This document shows positions 33,517-44,638 of a DNA stretch of 64,000 bases, piece by piece (the stretch's first letter is position 1; each line of letters starts with the position of its first letter). This DNA is from TPA_inf: Saccharomyces. Its lineage: Eukaryota. A model generated the notes under the pieces. It did not search any database. It was not told the DNA's origin and worked only from the letters and a program-made list of their open reading frames with translations. The position numbers and the translations under genes are program-made. Where the stretch lies: NCBI GenBank assembly GCA_000146045.2, contig BK006946.2:544001-608000 (forward strand). Direction: 5' to 3'.

Positions 33517-33717
33517 TAGATTCGTATATAGCGGACCGCGTAACATATTATGGTATTTGTATAGTGGGTAACCCGCAGAGTAGGCTGGAAAGTATTCGTG
33601 AAGAACATAAAGGAAGCTGGCAGAAGTTCTTTTCATACACCTCTACTTCCAGAAGCCATAATAGCAGCAACGCTGTTTCTGCAATATAACTTGTGGAAGG
33701 TCTATAATAGGAAGAAC

Positions 33718-34392
33718 ATGTCTTTCACTGAGGATCAAGAAAAAATCGCGCTAGAAATACTGTCAAAAGACAAGCATGAGTTTTACGAAATTTTGAAGGT
33801 AGATAGGAAAGCCACAGATAGTGAGATCAAGAAGGCATACAGAAAACTAGCAATCAAATTGCATCCTGATAAAAACTCTCATCCAAAAGCGGGAGAAGCT
33901 TTCAAAGTAATTAATAGGGCATTTGAAGTACTAAGCAATGAGGAAAAGCGCAGTATTTATGACAGGATAGGTAGGGATCCTGACGATAGACAAATGCCAT
34001 CCAGAGGTGCTGCTTCAGGGTTCCGAGGAAGTGCAGGTGGGTCTCCAATGGGTGGCGGATTTGAAGACATGTTTTTCAATTCACGTTTCGGTGGTCAAAG
34101 AGCTGGACCACCAGAGGACATATTCGACTTTTTGTTCAACGCAGGCGGCAGCCCATTCGGCGCTTCACCATTTGGGCCTTCTGCTTCCACTTTTTCATTT
34201 GGAGGCCCCGGTGGTTTCAGAGTTTATACTAATAATCGTGGTGGCTCACCGTTCATGCGTCAACAACCCCGCTCAAGACAGCAGCAACAACAAGCAGAAG
34301 AAAATGCAGTGAATTCGCAATTAAAAAATATGCTCGTTCTTTTCATCATCTTTATTGTTCTTCCTATGATTAAAGATTACCTGTTTAGTTAA
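33718..34392 (+). CDS. HLJ1: Tail-anchored ER membrane DnaJ (Hsp40) co-chaperone, 224 aa
   Basis: The first ATG is at 33718. The track ORF starts at a GTG at 33598. J-domain with the HPDKN motif ([20 protein letters not shown]), a Gly/Phe-rich region and a C-terminal transmembrane anchor ([13 protein letters not shown]). 224 aa matches HLJ1 (YMR161W). Confidence 0.88.
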   Translation: MSFTEDQEKIALEILSKDKHEFYEILKVDRKATDSEIKKAYRKLAIKLHPDKNSHPKAGEAFKVINRAFEVLSNEEKRSIYDRIGRDPDDRQMPSRGAASGFRGSAGGSPMGGGFEDMFFNSRFGGQRAGPPEDIFDFLFNAGGSPFGASPFGPSASTFSFGGPGGFRVYTNNRGGSPFMRQQPRSRQQQQQAEENAVNSQLKNMLVLFIIFIVLPMIKDYLFS

Positions 34393-34950
34393 ACACAATA
34401 TTTTTACTGTCATTTTTTTATTATTTTCCAACGTTAGTCAAAGTTGTACTATAAAATAAAACTACAAGGAGCAAGCAAAATTGAAAAAACGCATTTGTAT
34501 ACTAGATGACATTTAGGTCATTCCTTCAGGCTTCCTGGCTATGTTTTATTTTGTTCCACAGTTTACCAGAAGGACATAATGGTATTAGAATTTTAATATA
34601 TCGAGGAAATTAAATCAGACAGTATAATACTTATAAACATCTTTATTTTCTGATAACTAATCATAGCATTTACGCCATACATTTACTTTTTCTTTTGACA
34701 CCGAAAGTAATCAAGCCACTTTTATAATTAGAGTTAGTTTATAGATAGTATTTAAAATTTGTGAAGATTTCCCATGCGTTGTGCCTTGCTTTCTCTCAAA
34801 ATACATCTTGTTAATTTTCTAATGTGTGGATGCCGAAATAATATTCGACTCAACAAATCAAGTAAGTCTTCTAAGCTCGCTACTAATTTCCAATAAAAGG
34901 TATATATATAAAAATGTTCTCAATAATGTAATTAAACAAGATCACGAGAA

Positions 34951-37900
34951 TTACTCCAGATCCTTTAGCCTTGCCTGAATAATCTGGTTCACATCTTCAT
35001 CTTCCACATTCCTCGATGGAAGCTTCAGTTTCTTCGTCAGTTTAGTAGTTATATTGCCGCCAATACTGTCTTTACTGCTTTGTGTTTTCAAGGATGGTCG
35101 CTTGATTAACTTGCCACTAGGTAATACCTCGTATCGTTCAGAGCTCTTTTTAGAAGAGTTTCCAAAGAAATTTTTTTTTGAGGAATGGTCTACATTCCCA
35201 TTTGACATTGAATATATGCTGCTGTTATGAGTTTTTGCACTTGCACGTGAATTAGTTCTTGGCCTTGAAAGAACTTTGTCTGTGTACCTTGTGAAAGTAC
35301 TGGGATCTTTATCCCACGTCCATCCTTGCCTCATTTCGCTATAGGCTCCTAGTTCCAGCTTCTTTCTGATATCACTTTTTTGTTCCAGCTCAGCAAAAAT
35401 ATCAGAATCTGATGGCCATATCATAACTTTGAATGTTTTGTAAACTATATCTAAAGTGATAGGTAACAGTGCCAACACCAAGCTAGTACACCAGAATGTA
35501 ATGTCTTTACCAAAATGATTGTAAAAGCCATATGCTACATCATATATTTGGTCAGTATTATTCAAAATAGGAAGGGCACAACACCACACTAACCAACCTC
35601 CACAGGATAGAACTACAGAAGTAAAAGCCAGCCAATTCCTATTGTGCATTTCAACAAATTGGGATTTAACGTTAATTAAGGCAACAATGGCTGTGAAATT
35701 GATGAGACCTAGAGGATACATAGTGTTATCTGAAAGAGAACTCATACCCCACATTACAACATTTAAAAATGTAATGATAAGAGAATTCGTAGTTGCCAAG
35801 ATAACCCACTCCATGAATATTAACCAATTAAAACCTTGTGAAAGGCGCCCGTACGAATATAATTCAGGGACTGTTAGTAGAGTCATTGGTTTCAAGTCTT
35901 TCTCAAACATACCAATACATAGAACCGGTAGTGATGTGAATAGAGTATTGAACATGGACAATGACCATGGCTCATATAGAGAGGAGCCTGAAAACATTGT
36001 ATATCTTTGATATATCAACTGCGTAAAGTAAAACGTAATTTCTTTGTAAAACGTGCAAAGCATAAACTTGGAGGTGCGAATATAGTTATAACGCCCATGA
36101 ACAAATAACAATTTCAAGAGAAACCGAAATTGGCCAATAGAATAATCAGATACTCTAGATGCTTGCAATCCCTCCTTACCGGCTATTCCAACACCTATAT
36201 CGGCAGATTGTATCATGGCAATATCATTCGCACCATCACCTATTGCCAACGTGACTAAGTTTGGATCGGTATTTCTTATGTTGGAAACCATAAGGGCTTT
36301 TTGAGAAGGTGAAGCACGGCAACATATTACCGAGTCTGTTTTAGTGCAAAGCTCAACAAATACAGACATGTATGTAGGATTTCCTTCAAACATGGCCATC
36401 GTGGCACCGTCAATTACAACAACGCAGTGTGCTATGTTTCCGGAATCAACTTCTTGAGAAACCGCATTCATCTTTGATATAATATTTTCATCAGTAGTAG
36501 TTAAAATGACTACCGTAGAATAATCTTTGATTAACATACACGAATACCCTATATTTATAGCCGTTTCCCTTTTATCCCCTGTTAGCATCCACATTTTTAT
36601 ACCGGCTCTTCTGATCTTTTCTATAGCTTCTGAAACGCCGTCTTGTAACTTGTCTTCGATTGCAGTTACCCCTAACAGATTTAAACCATCCTCGATTTCT
36701 GCACCTGCCTCATCGACTTTGATTTTTCTATCAGTAAGGGAGGTTTTGGCTTGGTGATAGCGTTTATTCCAATTTTCATACTGCCCAATATCGATCCATT
36801 TGTAAGCATAGACCAGAGTTCTTAAGCCTTCAGTCGAAAACTCATCGATGGCTTGCAAAGTTCTTTCAATAACATACTCTTCATTCAAAATTAACTCATC
36901 GCTTCCAATGTGCTCCAAAATTTCTGTATCGTAATCATGCTGTAGTCCTTCTTTTCTTGTGTCTATTGGGACATTGTTGTTCGGAAAATGTGTTCCATCT
37001 ATCGAAATTCGCGGCCCATATTTTTCTATTTGTTGCTTATGGAGTGACTTCCTGCTTTTATTTACAACGCTGCCAATCTCCTGATCAGATTTCTTGACCG
37101 TTTCTAGAAATTGATCAATGGAGTCAATTTGTTTCTCTGGATCACGGGTCCTGCTGTTCTTCATTGAAAGACTTTTTCTCACTGCCTGCAATGATAAACT
37201 TGCTCTCGGTACGCTAGACAAAGAATTTCTCAATGAGGTCCTGGCCATAGCCTCTTCATCTACCATTCTTTCCAGAGACTTTCTTTGCTGGAGAACCAGC
37301 TCTGCTTCTGCGTCTTTACGTTCTTTGGTACTGGTGCATATGTCTGCCATTTTTTTGGCAGCCAATTCGCGATCATGTAAACGCTCCATAATAACGTTAT
37401 CAGCACCTTTGCAAATTAAAAGAACTTGATTTGGTTGATTTGGCATACGTACAAGAACAGACATTCTCTTTCTTTGAGAATTGAAGTCAATATAGTTCAA
37501 AATTTCATAATTTTCCAATTTTGCTTCACCGTCAAAACCGTCTGGAAAAGTTTTAATGGTCAAAATCTGTGCATTTCTATTCAATACAATATAACCAAGG
37601 TCTCTAGCAGCGGTTACTAGTGCTAATTCATCTGGAGATGAAGACTGATACTCTATGGAGTCTTCTCCTATTGATTCGTTATGAGTTTTTTTGGGAAGAC
37701 AGCTATGACAAAGAGCTAATGATAAGAAGAAAAATTTAGCCTTTTGAGAAAACAGGGCGGTCGGATATCTTTGAATAAACTGAATTAAATCAAACGAACT
37801 TTTAATGTTCTCCGAAAATGTCTCGGAGGGTGAAATAACCGAAGCTTGTTTACTTAGATGTGAATTATCTTTCCCAAAAAGTGATCTCATACTGGGACGG

Positions 37901-39921
37901 CCTGTATAAATTGCTGATGAATTTCCCTTATATTCAATAGAATTCCTAGATTTAGGAAAGTTGTCCAAAGATGGACGATGCCCTTTTTCAATTGGTGCGT
38001 CCGAAAATCCTAACCGATCAAGAACATTTTGATCTCCAATGGAAACAACGTCTATACTAGAGCCGTTGTGAGCTTTTGGTGGTAGTCTCAAGGAGTTCGT
38101 ATTGTCTCTGTTGTCTTCAAAGTTATCCTCAGAATTACCGAGATCTACATTATGCAGCCAAGATGATCCACATAAAGAAAATTTCCGAAATATCATCTTA
38201 TTATCCGTCAGCGTTCCGGTTTTATCACTAAAAATATAAGATACTTGCCCCAATTCCTCCAGAATGGTGGCAGTTCTCGATTCGCATGGCGTGTTCGTTT
38301 CTGCATGGTACATGTCTATGTCCCATTCCATCATTTTACTTTGGACTACCTTGATAATTTCCATTGTTACATATAGGGACAAAGGAATCACAGTGTTATA
38401 CATGATGATAAAAGACATTATTGTGGGTGCTACGCCAGCATCTGCCTGAAATAGATACCATGCTTTGTTCTGGTCGATATATTTTTTCTTATGCAAAACA
38501 TGGCCAAGATAAGAAAATAAAGATATTGTGGCAACGACAAACACCATAAACACGATAATCATATTTATCTTCCTTTGTAGCTTAGGGGCTTTCGTTCTTG
38601 GGTTTTTTAAAGCATTCATTCTGATTTTTGTTTCCTCACCACTGAAAATGACCATACCAACAACATTTTGAGTATTCCTCAAAATACTACCACGATAAAT
38701 GACATTATCAGGACCTAGAGGGTATTTCATTATGGTATCATTGCGATGGTTTTTCAATTCAAGATTACCTTCAAAATTATATAAATCAATATTGGGATCT
38801 TCCACGGTAACTTGAGCATTAATATTTGCAAGACCTGATGCGGCTTTGGTTAACTTATTTAATTCTGGATGGGGTTGTTTACTTTTCAAATTTGTTTCGC
38901 CATCTAAAGCCATCGTTTCAACGAAACATTCGCTATTTTCGCCGTCACATGTCAATAAAAGCAGATCTGCAGGTACCCAATCATCTTGTGTGAGAAGTAC
39001 GAAGTCTCCAACACGAAGTTTTTCCCACTTCTTTTGATGAATATGAACATTGTATTTATTCTTGAGTAGTTCAAAGTTATTGAAGTGCGTGTCTAAGAAG
39101 TGTCCTTGAGAGGAGTTCCGATCATCGTTTAAAGGTGGATTATTTTCAGCAGCGGCCGATTTAGTTAGATATGCAGTGGATGAGACAACACTACTTGGTA
39201 GTGTATAAACTTCTTGTGCGTCATTATTTCCATCTTTAACCAACACTCCCACTGGTTTATTGTTCTCTTCCTTATCTAAACGATGTCTCCTGAAATCGTC
39301 CCAAGCCTCTCTTGTCATGGATATACCCATAAATACACATAAGGGGATAATAGTTGTATAAGTACCAGTTGTAGACCATCCAGGTATCATTTGTAATACT
39401 GCGACAATGAAAAAATAAGTATTGGCTAACTTTGAAAATTGTGCATACAACTGTCTAGGCAAAAAGGAATAGAATGTATATCTTGATGAAGTTATTCGGT
39501 TGTCGCAGTAAGGCTTGTTGAACCTTTCGTCTATCAAATGACCATCCCTTTTAGTAGCAGCTTGTTTGTATTCAATTGCATTATGATCTAATATAATCGG
39601 AATATGTCTACCGTCTTTCGAATGGAACGTCCTCCTTCGATCTAGGATAGTATCAAGTATTTTAGTGATAATGCTATATGACACATCAGGACTACCATAC
39701 TCTTCCATTTCATAATCCTCTTCAGCAGCATAATTGCCGCTTGTTTCATCTCTGTCATCTTTATCGTTATTATCGCTACCGGAGAACGTCTTACTCTCAT
39801 TTATATCTTCTAACTCTATCTCATCATCAGTTCTTCCGCGATATTTATCATACAAATGCTTGTTGAACATCTGCGTTCGTAGTGATGAAGATCTTCTTCT
39901 TTGCCCATCAGCTATGCCCAT
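34951..39921 (-). CDS. DNF3: P4-type ATPase (aminophospholipid flippase), 1656 aa
   Basis: ATG at 39919-39921 (rc). P-type ATPase motifs DKTGTLT and GDGANDIAM, about ten transmembrane segments. 1656 aa matches DNF3 (YMR162C). Confidence 0.92.
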   Translation of the reverse strand: MGIADGQRRRSSSLRTQMFNKHLYDKYRGRTDDEIELEDINESKTFSGSDNNDKDDRDETSGNYAAEEDYEMEEYGSPDVSYSIITKILDTILDRRRTFHSKDGRHIPIILDHNAIEYKQAATKRDGHLIDERFNKPYCDNRITSSRYTFYSFLPRQLYAQFSKLANTYFFIVAVLQMIPGWSTTGTYTTIIPLCVFMGISMTREAWDDFRRHRLDKEENNKPVGVLVKDGNNDAQEVYTLPSSVVSSTAYLTKSAAAENNPPLNDDRNSSQGHFLDTHFNNFELLKNKYNVHIHQKKWEKLRVGDFVLLTQDDWVPADLLLLTCDGENSECFVETMALDGETNLKSKQPHPELNKLTKAASGLANINAQVTVEDPNIDLYNFEGNLELKNHRNDTIMKYPLGPDNVIYRGSILRNTQNVVGMVIFSGEETKIRMNALKNPRTKAPKLQRKINMIIVFMVFVVATISLFSYLGHVLHKKKYIDQNKAWYLFQADAGVAPTIMSFIIMYNTVIPLSLYVTMEIIKVVQSKMMEWDIDMYHAETNTPCESRTATILEELGQVSYIFSDKTGTLTDNKMIFRKFSLCGSSWLHNVDLGNSEDNFEDNRDNTNSLRLPPKAHNGSSIDVVSIGDQNVLDRLGFSDAPIEKGHRPSLDNFPKSRNSIEYKGNSSAIYTGRPSMRSLFGKDNSHLSKQASVISPSETFSENIKSSFDLIQFIQRYPTALFSQKAKFFFLSLALCHSCLPKKTHNESIGEDSIEYQSSSPDELALVTAARDLGYIVLNRNAQILTIKTFPDGFDGEAKLENYEILNYIDFNSQRKRMSVLVRMPNQPNQVLLICKGADNVIMERLHDRELAAKKMADICTSTKERKDAEAELVLQQRKSLERMVDEEAMARTSLRNSLSSVPRASLSLQAVRKSLSMKNSRTRDPEKQIDSIDQFLETVKKSDQEIGSVVNKSRKSLHKQQIEKYGPRISIDGTHFPNNNVPIDTRKEGLQHDYDTEILEHIGSDELILNEEYVIERTLQAIDEFSTEGLRTLVYAYKWIDIGQYENWNKRYHQAKTSLTDRKIKVDEAGAEIEDGLNLLGVTAIEDKLQDGVSEAIEKIRRAGIKMWMLTGDKRETAINIGYSCMLIKDYSTVVILTTTDENIISKMNAVSQEVDSGNIAHCVVVIDGATMAMFEGNPTYMSVFVELCTKTDSVICCRASPSQKALMVSNIRNTDPNLVTLAIGDGANDIAMIQSADIGVGIAGKEGLQASRVSDYSIGQFRFLLKLLFVHGRYNYIRTSKFMLCTFYKEITFYFTQLIYQRYTMFSGSSLYEPWSLSMFNTLFTSLPVLCIGMFEKDLKPMTLLTVPELYSYGRLSQGFNWLIFMEWVILATTNSLIITFLNVVMWGMSSLSDNTMYPLGLINFTAIVALINVKSQFVEMHNRNWLAFTSVVLSCGGWLVWCCALPILNNTDQIYDVAYGFYNHFGKDITFWCTSLVLALLPITLDIVYKTFKVMIWPSDSDIFAELEQKSDIRKKLELGAYSEMRQGWTWDKDPSTFTRYTDKVLSRPRTNSRASAKTHNSSIYSMSNGNVDHSSKKNFFGNSSKKSSERYEVLPSGKLIKRPSLKTQSSKDSIGGNITTKLTKKLKLPSRNVEDEDVNQIIQARLKDLE

Positions 39922-40270
39922 AATATTTTTTTCTTTTTAATAAAGAATGGAATTAAATTATCTACTTCAATTAGGATGTTTATTTGCTGTATGGAAGCTA
40001 TGTGTATATAACGATAAAGGTCAAATAAAAGAAATAACAAAAAAGAAAAGAGTGAATGAATAGTCCAAAAGCAATGGGGTAATTTGGCACTTGATCTTTT
40101 CTCAAGACTTCCTGCAATATTGAATTCTTCTTTGTTAAATATTCGCTTACTTAAAGCACTTGACAGACTGGGGTCGAAAATAACCCGGCTGCGCAGCCCG
40201 TCATTTGCTTATTTAGAAAATATGATTAAAGTGTAATTAGTTATTTCAAAGTACATATTAAAATATATTA

Positions 40271-42388
40271 TCATGAATCATTTCCTAGTAATCCTTTTAA
40301 TTCATACAAAAATGGGATAGTTTCTTCCGAAGATACTTTGCATTTGCTGAGAGGCCTGCTCTCAAGAAAGGCATCGTCTCTTAATGGTTTTTGAAAGCCA
40401 AACTTTACGGACATGGAAGCCTGAGCTTTTCTTAGCAATTCAAAGGACTTTGCAGTTCTTAGCCTTTCCCTGCCTTCACGGTTTTCTTGAGCCAATTTCA
40501 AAATTCTTTCATCTAACTTGCGTCGTAATTCGTTGTCAGAAAGTTGCTTGAAATCTGGTTTCCTACAACTATCCTTTCCGATAAAATCTACGCGGTGATT
40601 TTGGCGTGAACCGGCAGAACATTCCTCCTGACAGTCGTAGTCTTCATATTCCTCTAGTTCGGTGTCGTTTTCAAAAGAGTCATTCACCGATTCAGCAACA
40701 TCAATGAAGTCAACTTTCCTCTCTAAGCTAAGACCTTGTACTGACGAAGAACGGGGTGACTTTCTGCCTTTGAGGATATCCAGATGGAAACCATGGTTGA
40801 TTGTATTGGTTGGGGATACCTTTTGTATCCTAGAAATATTGCCACAAATTTTCGAGGTTTTCCAGAAAGTAATGAGCTCCTCCAACTTATCCTCAATGAT
40901 GTTCCTATCATTCTCTGTTATGCCATTTCGAATGTCAATAGCTAATAGATTGTTCTCGATCATTTTTAAGTAATTAAGTGCCTGAAACAATTTATCATTC
41001 TTTGAAAATGAACATACATTTGCTCTTTCACAACCAGTATTAGTTGATGTTTCTTCAGGAAATGCATACAATATTTGCTTATGGTCATTCAAAGACACCA
41101 GGACAGTGGAGAGTAGTGAATGTAATCCTCTTAATAGACTAACTATATTTTGGAATGTACCTATTGGATTATATTTTTTTTTGAGTTGCACCCTTGCCAT
41201 GTAATCTGGAAAGATTTTGTTTAGTGCGTTTCTCATGTTTACATTTGAAAGATTTTCGTTTCCTGTCATATCTAAAGACAGCAAACAACAGAGCATAAAT
41301 TTCTTTAGCAGTTTGAGACGATAAAGCTTACCATCAAGGTCTTTTACTGTGGTAGTATTATTATAGTAAAGATTTGGTACATCGATACCGTATAATTCAC
41401 AGTATTTCGATAGCTCACTTGTATCGCTAAAGATGACAATATCTGGAATGATTGATTTGAGTTTATAAAACAGTGCATCACTTGAGAATACTAGGAGCTC
41501 TTTTATCACAGATGAGTGCTCGTCAGCAATTGAAATAAGAGACACTCTTGATATAAAACTATGATTTTTTATTTCTTTAAATCGAAGATGATATTTATGA
41601 ATCATTACATCCACTTGTTGTAATGATTCGAGCACTTTCCGTACCTTTAATAAGGTTTTATAGCAAATCAAATGTCTTCGAAAGTATTCTTGCTGAATTG
41701 ATAAATACACTGCTACGAGTATTAAAATTACAACTCTCTTCAGACCTGGACTATTTTTTTTTCTACAGTATTTTTTCAACTGTGTAAGTACTCGATAAGA
41801 GGTTATAATCATCGAAAGGTAGTTGAAATTTTGTCTGAAATATAATTTTTTGTCCTCTGCTACCGCCAATTTACCATATTTTGTCGCCATAAATGGTACA
41901 GATTTGGGAGGTACATTCTTTAACAAAGTTGAGCTTTTATGAAAGTTCATAATAGATTGATCAAGATGTAGTGATAACCTGTAATGATTCATATCATTCA
42001 AAAAATGAGAAGTAATGATTGAATACCGAAATTCTTCAAAGAATTGGTGTGTTACACCGAATGGCTGTTGCATGAAAATTCTTGAAATAATATCATCCCA
42101 ATTAAAAAACTTCGTTGTTTTTCCTACGGTTATAGGTGAAAAAGTACAGTCATTAGATCCCACAATTGTAGGGGAGTATTCATGTAATACGCTGCGGCTG
42201 CTTAATAGGGACGGTTTTCGCCACGTAGAGTAAAATTCTTGACGATTGTTCTCGGTGACACCTATTATGTTATCACTATCAAGGGTTAGACTAGAACTCA
42301 TGAATCCATCCTCTTCGCTTGATTTCAGCATGGAAAAAATCTGTAAACCGGGAGCCTGCAAGGCGGATGGACGTGAGTTTGTTGTCAT
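40271..42388 (-). CDS. INP2: Peroxisome inheritance receptor for the Myo2 motor, 705 aa
   Basis: The track ORF begins at a TTG at 42440-42442. The first ATG is at 42386-42388 (rc), giving MTTNSRPSALQAPGLQ... and 705 aa, which matches INP2 (YMR163C). Confidence 0.82.
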   Translation of the reverse strand: MTTNSRPSALQAPGLQIFSMLKSSEEDGFMSSSLTLDSDNIIGVTENNRQEFYSTWRKPSLLSSRSVLHEYSPTIVGSNDCTFSPITVGKTTKFFNWDDIISRIFMQQPFGVTHQFFEEFRYSIITSHFLNDMNHYRLSLHLDQSIMNFHKSSTLLKNVPPKSVPFMATKYGKLAVAEDKKLYFRQNFNYLSMIITSYRVLTQLKKYCRKKNSPGLKRVVILILVAVYLSIQQEYFRRHLICYKTLLKVRKVLESLQQVDVMIHKYHLRFKEIKNHSFISRVSLISIADEHSSVIKELLVFSSDALFYKLKSIIPDIVIFSDTSELSKYCELYGIDVPNLYYNNTTTVKDLDGKLYRLKLLKKFMLCCLLSLDMTGNENLSNVNMRNALNKIFPDYMARVQLKKKYNPIGTFQNIVSLLRGLHSLLSTVLVSLNDHKQILYAFPEETSTNTGCERANVCSFSKNDKLFQALNYLKMIENNLLAIDIRNGITENDRNIIEDKLEELITFWKTSKICGNISRIQKVSPTNTINHGFHLDILKGRKSPRSSSVQGLSLERKVDFIDVAESVNDSFENDTELEEYEDYDCQEECSAGSRQNHRVDFIGKDSCRKPDFKQLSDNELRRKLDERILKLAQENREGRERLRTAKSFELLRKAQASMSVKFGFQKPLRDDAFLESRPLSKCKVSSEETIPFLYELKGLLGNDS

Positions 42389-42635
42389 TATTAAGTTAAT
42401 CAACAAACGTTTCACAAGTAAGTAAAAACAAACTTGTTGCAATAAGCGTGAGGTATGCCGAGCAGTTATTGAGGGGGTGAGATTTTGACCTTTGATAAAA
42501 CTCCTATAACCGTCTAGTATCCGGTAGTCACCTAATCATTTATGATATTGGGTGAAGATGAATGTTTAGTTTATTTTCAGATCAAGTGTTTTTATTTACG
42601 TTTTGATGTTTTCATGCGGGATGTCTTCAAAAAAA

Positions 42636-42709
42636 TGATTTCGCCCAGGATCGAACTGGGGACGTTCTGCGTGTTAAGCAGATGCCATAACCGACTAGAC
42701 CACGAAACC
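42636..42709 (-). tRNA. tV(AAC): tRNA-Val (anticodon AAC, read as IAC)
   Basis: The reverse complement reads GGTTTCGTGGTCTAGTCGGTTATGGCATCTGCTTAACACGCAGAACGTCCCCAGTTCGATCCTGGGCGAAATCA. Anticodon arm TCTGC-TTAACAC-GCAGA. A T7 terminator follows immediately 3' at 42629-42635 (rc). Confidence 0.93.
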
Positions 42710-43273
42710 ATAGTAAGTTGGAGAATTCTGTATAAAGAGTATGCTACATTTCTCTAAATATGTTAGGAATTAAATATAAAAATTCCGAAAACTTTGAGGC
42801 ACCGTCTTTTTAGCTGGCCAGATAGCTTGCTTACCTATTTTCTTGCTAGTTTAAATTCGACCGGAATAGAAATTTGGTTACAAGAACGCTATTGCGCACC
42901 AGATGCAAATTTTTTTTTTATTTTATATAGTGTCACTGGCACCCCTCCATTACATTGTCTAATTTAAAATAACTAAACTGATATACTCACTTACTCTAAC
43001 GATTGACTCCTGCTTGGTCAAAAATATGTATAGATGTTAGACCATCTTTATATGCCATTATTTTGAAAACCTAAGTGAGAAGTAAGTTTCACACTTCATT
43101 TGAGAAACGATACACCTGCACTGAACGATGATCCCAAAAATCGTTCCGACAAATACAGACAAACAATTTTCTTAAAGATTCAAATTAGAAACATACTACT
43201 CATATGAAAGAAAAGATGCAACGGTTAGTATTGGAAGAATGACGATGAAACACTTTTTGTTGTTTAATAGGTT

Positions 43274-43638
43274 TTAGCTATCCATTAGATCAGGAGAAAA
43301 GTCACCAATGTTAAATATGTCGAATGTTTCTGTATCCATAGAAAAAGAGCCATTTAGTTGTTGCTGCGAGTTACTGTTTTGAACTTTTACGGTACCCTTA
43401 CCGCCACTGTCCTTTGGAGTGACATTGATGAAGTTTGTAGCAGCTGAATCACCATTTTGTTCCAGTTTCTTAGATTTCATAACTTTCTGAGCTGCAGCAA
43501 CTTTTCTTGATTCCTTGGTCTTTGTTTTACCCACTCTCTGTTTCCGCTTGGGTTGAATTGTTGTAGTTATATTAGGAGTTGTGCTGGAGCTAGAAGTACA
43601 TTTTGATGATGGTTGTGATACTGTGGGTGTATTATTAC

Positions 43639-43680
<42 letters not shown>

Positions 43681-44585
43681 TATTACTATTATTATTATTA
43701 TTATTATTGTTGTTGTTGTTATTGTTATTGTTATTGTTAGGCAAAGGAAAGACGGAGGTAGAATCATTTTGTGGTACTGAAGTATTGGTTTTATAATGTT
43801 GTGGTAGATGAAATTGTTGTTGCGGAGCGAACGCATGCATTGCGGAAGAAACATTTTGATATAAGGGCTGCATATTGATCATAGGGTTTTGTCCGGATGG
43901 ATTAGTCTGCCTCATACCTGGATTTTCAATGACAGGAGACCCCATATTTCCTGGTTGTAATGGCATAGTGTTGTTAGCTGGCGCTATACGATTAGTGTCT
44001 GGAGGAAAGGCACTATTTTGTAATTGCTGGTTAGCCGCCATTCTTTGCATCATCATATGCATGTACTGCTGTTGAGATGTTATATCACTAACAACCGGAT
44101 TTGCGACAGTGCTTTGATTTTTCATTTGTTGAGGAATTGTTTTCATCTTATTGAAGCGGGCTCGTATGTGTTCTTGCAATAAACTATTGCCATTTGCGTT
44201 ATTGTCATTTGTGGGCGTAGTTTCTTCCGCAGTATTGTTACGTGTATTAGATTGATAATTTTGATTTCCAAGATTTTGCTGTAGTGAATTTTGCTGTAGT
44301 GCTTGCTGCTGAAAAAACATTTTCATAGCGTTCATGTCATCAAACCTGCCAGATTGGCTTTGCTGAAAAGATGGCGCCTGTCCTTGATTTTGGTGGTGTA
44401 ATTGATATTGAAAGAAGCGCTGCTGGTCTGAAAACATTGAAGATTGGGTTTGTGCATTAAATTGTTGATTTGTAGGAGGCACTGAAGGCATAAGTCCGGT
44501 TGAATGAGAATTTTCCGATGGAATATGAGGGACCATTTGTGGGTTGACAATAGGATACGGTGTCTGTTGCTGCTGTTGATGTTGT

Positions 44586-44638
<53 letters not shown>

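Noticed and set aside
33598-33717. Apparent 40-codon in-frame N-terminal extension of HLJ1 in the ORF track (MKNIKEAG...)
   Set aside because: The track start codon at 33598 is GTG, not ATG. The first ATG (33718) gives the known 224-aa J-protein. The same artefact explains extensions on INP2 (TTG at 42440), MSS11 (GTG at 45563), RIM13 (GTG at 24192) and OSW5 (TTG at 16360).
42861-42871. GGAATAGAAAT match to the first bases of a Ty1 delta LTR in the tRNA-Val flank
   Set aside because: Only 11 bp. The following sequence does not continue the delta consensus. Insufficient to call an LTR remnant.
43581-43796. Poly-leucine ORF (MLELEVHFDDGCDTVGVLLLLLL...)
   Set aside because: Alternative frame or strand reading of the MSS11 AAT/AAC repeat. 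Likewise 43567-43854 (poly-I), 44504-44722 (poly-L) and 44560-44757 (poly-A/V) are repeat-frame artefacts of the polyQ-coding repeat.
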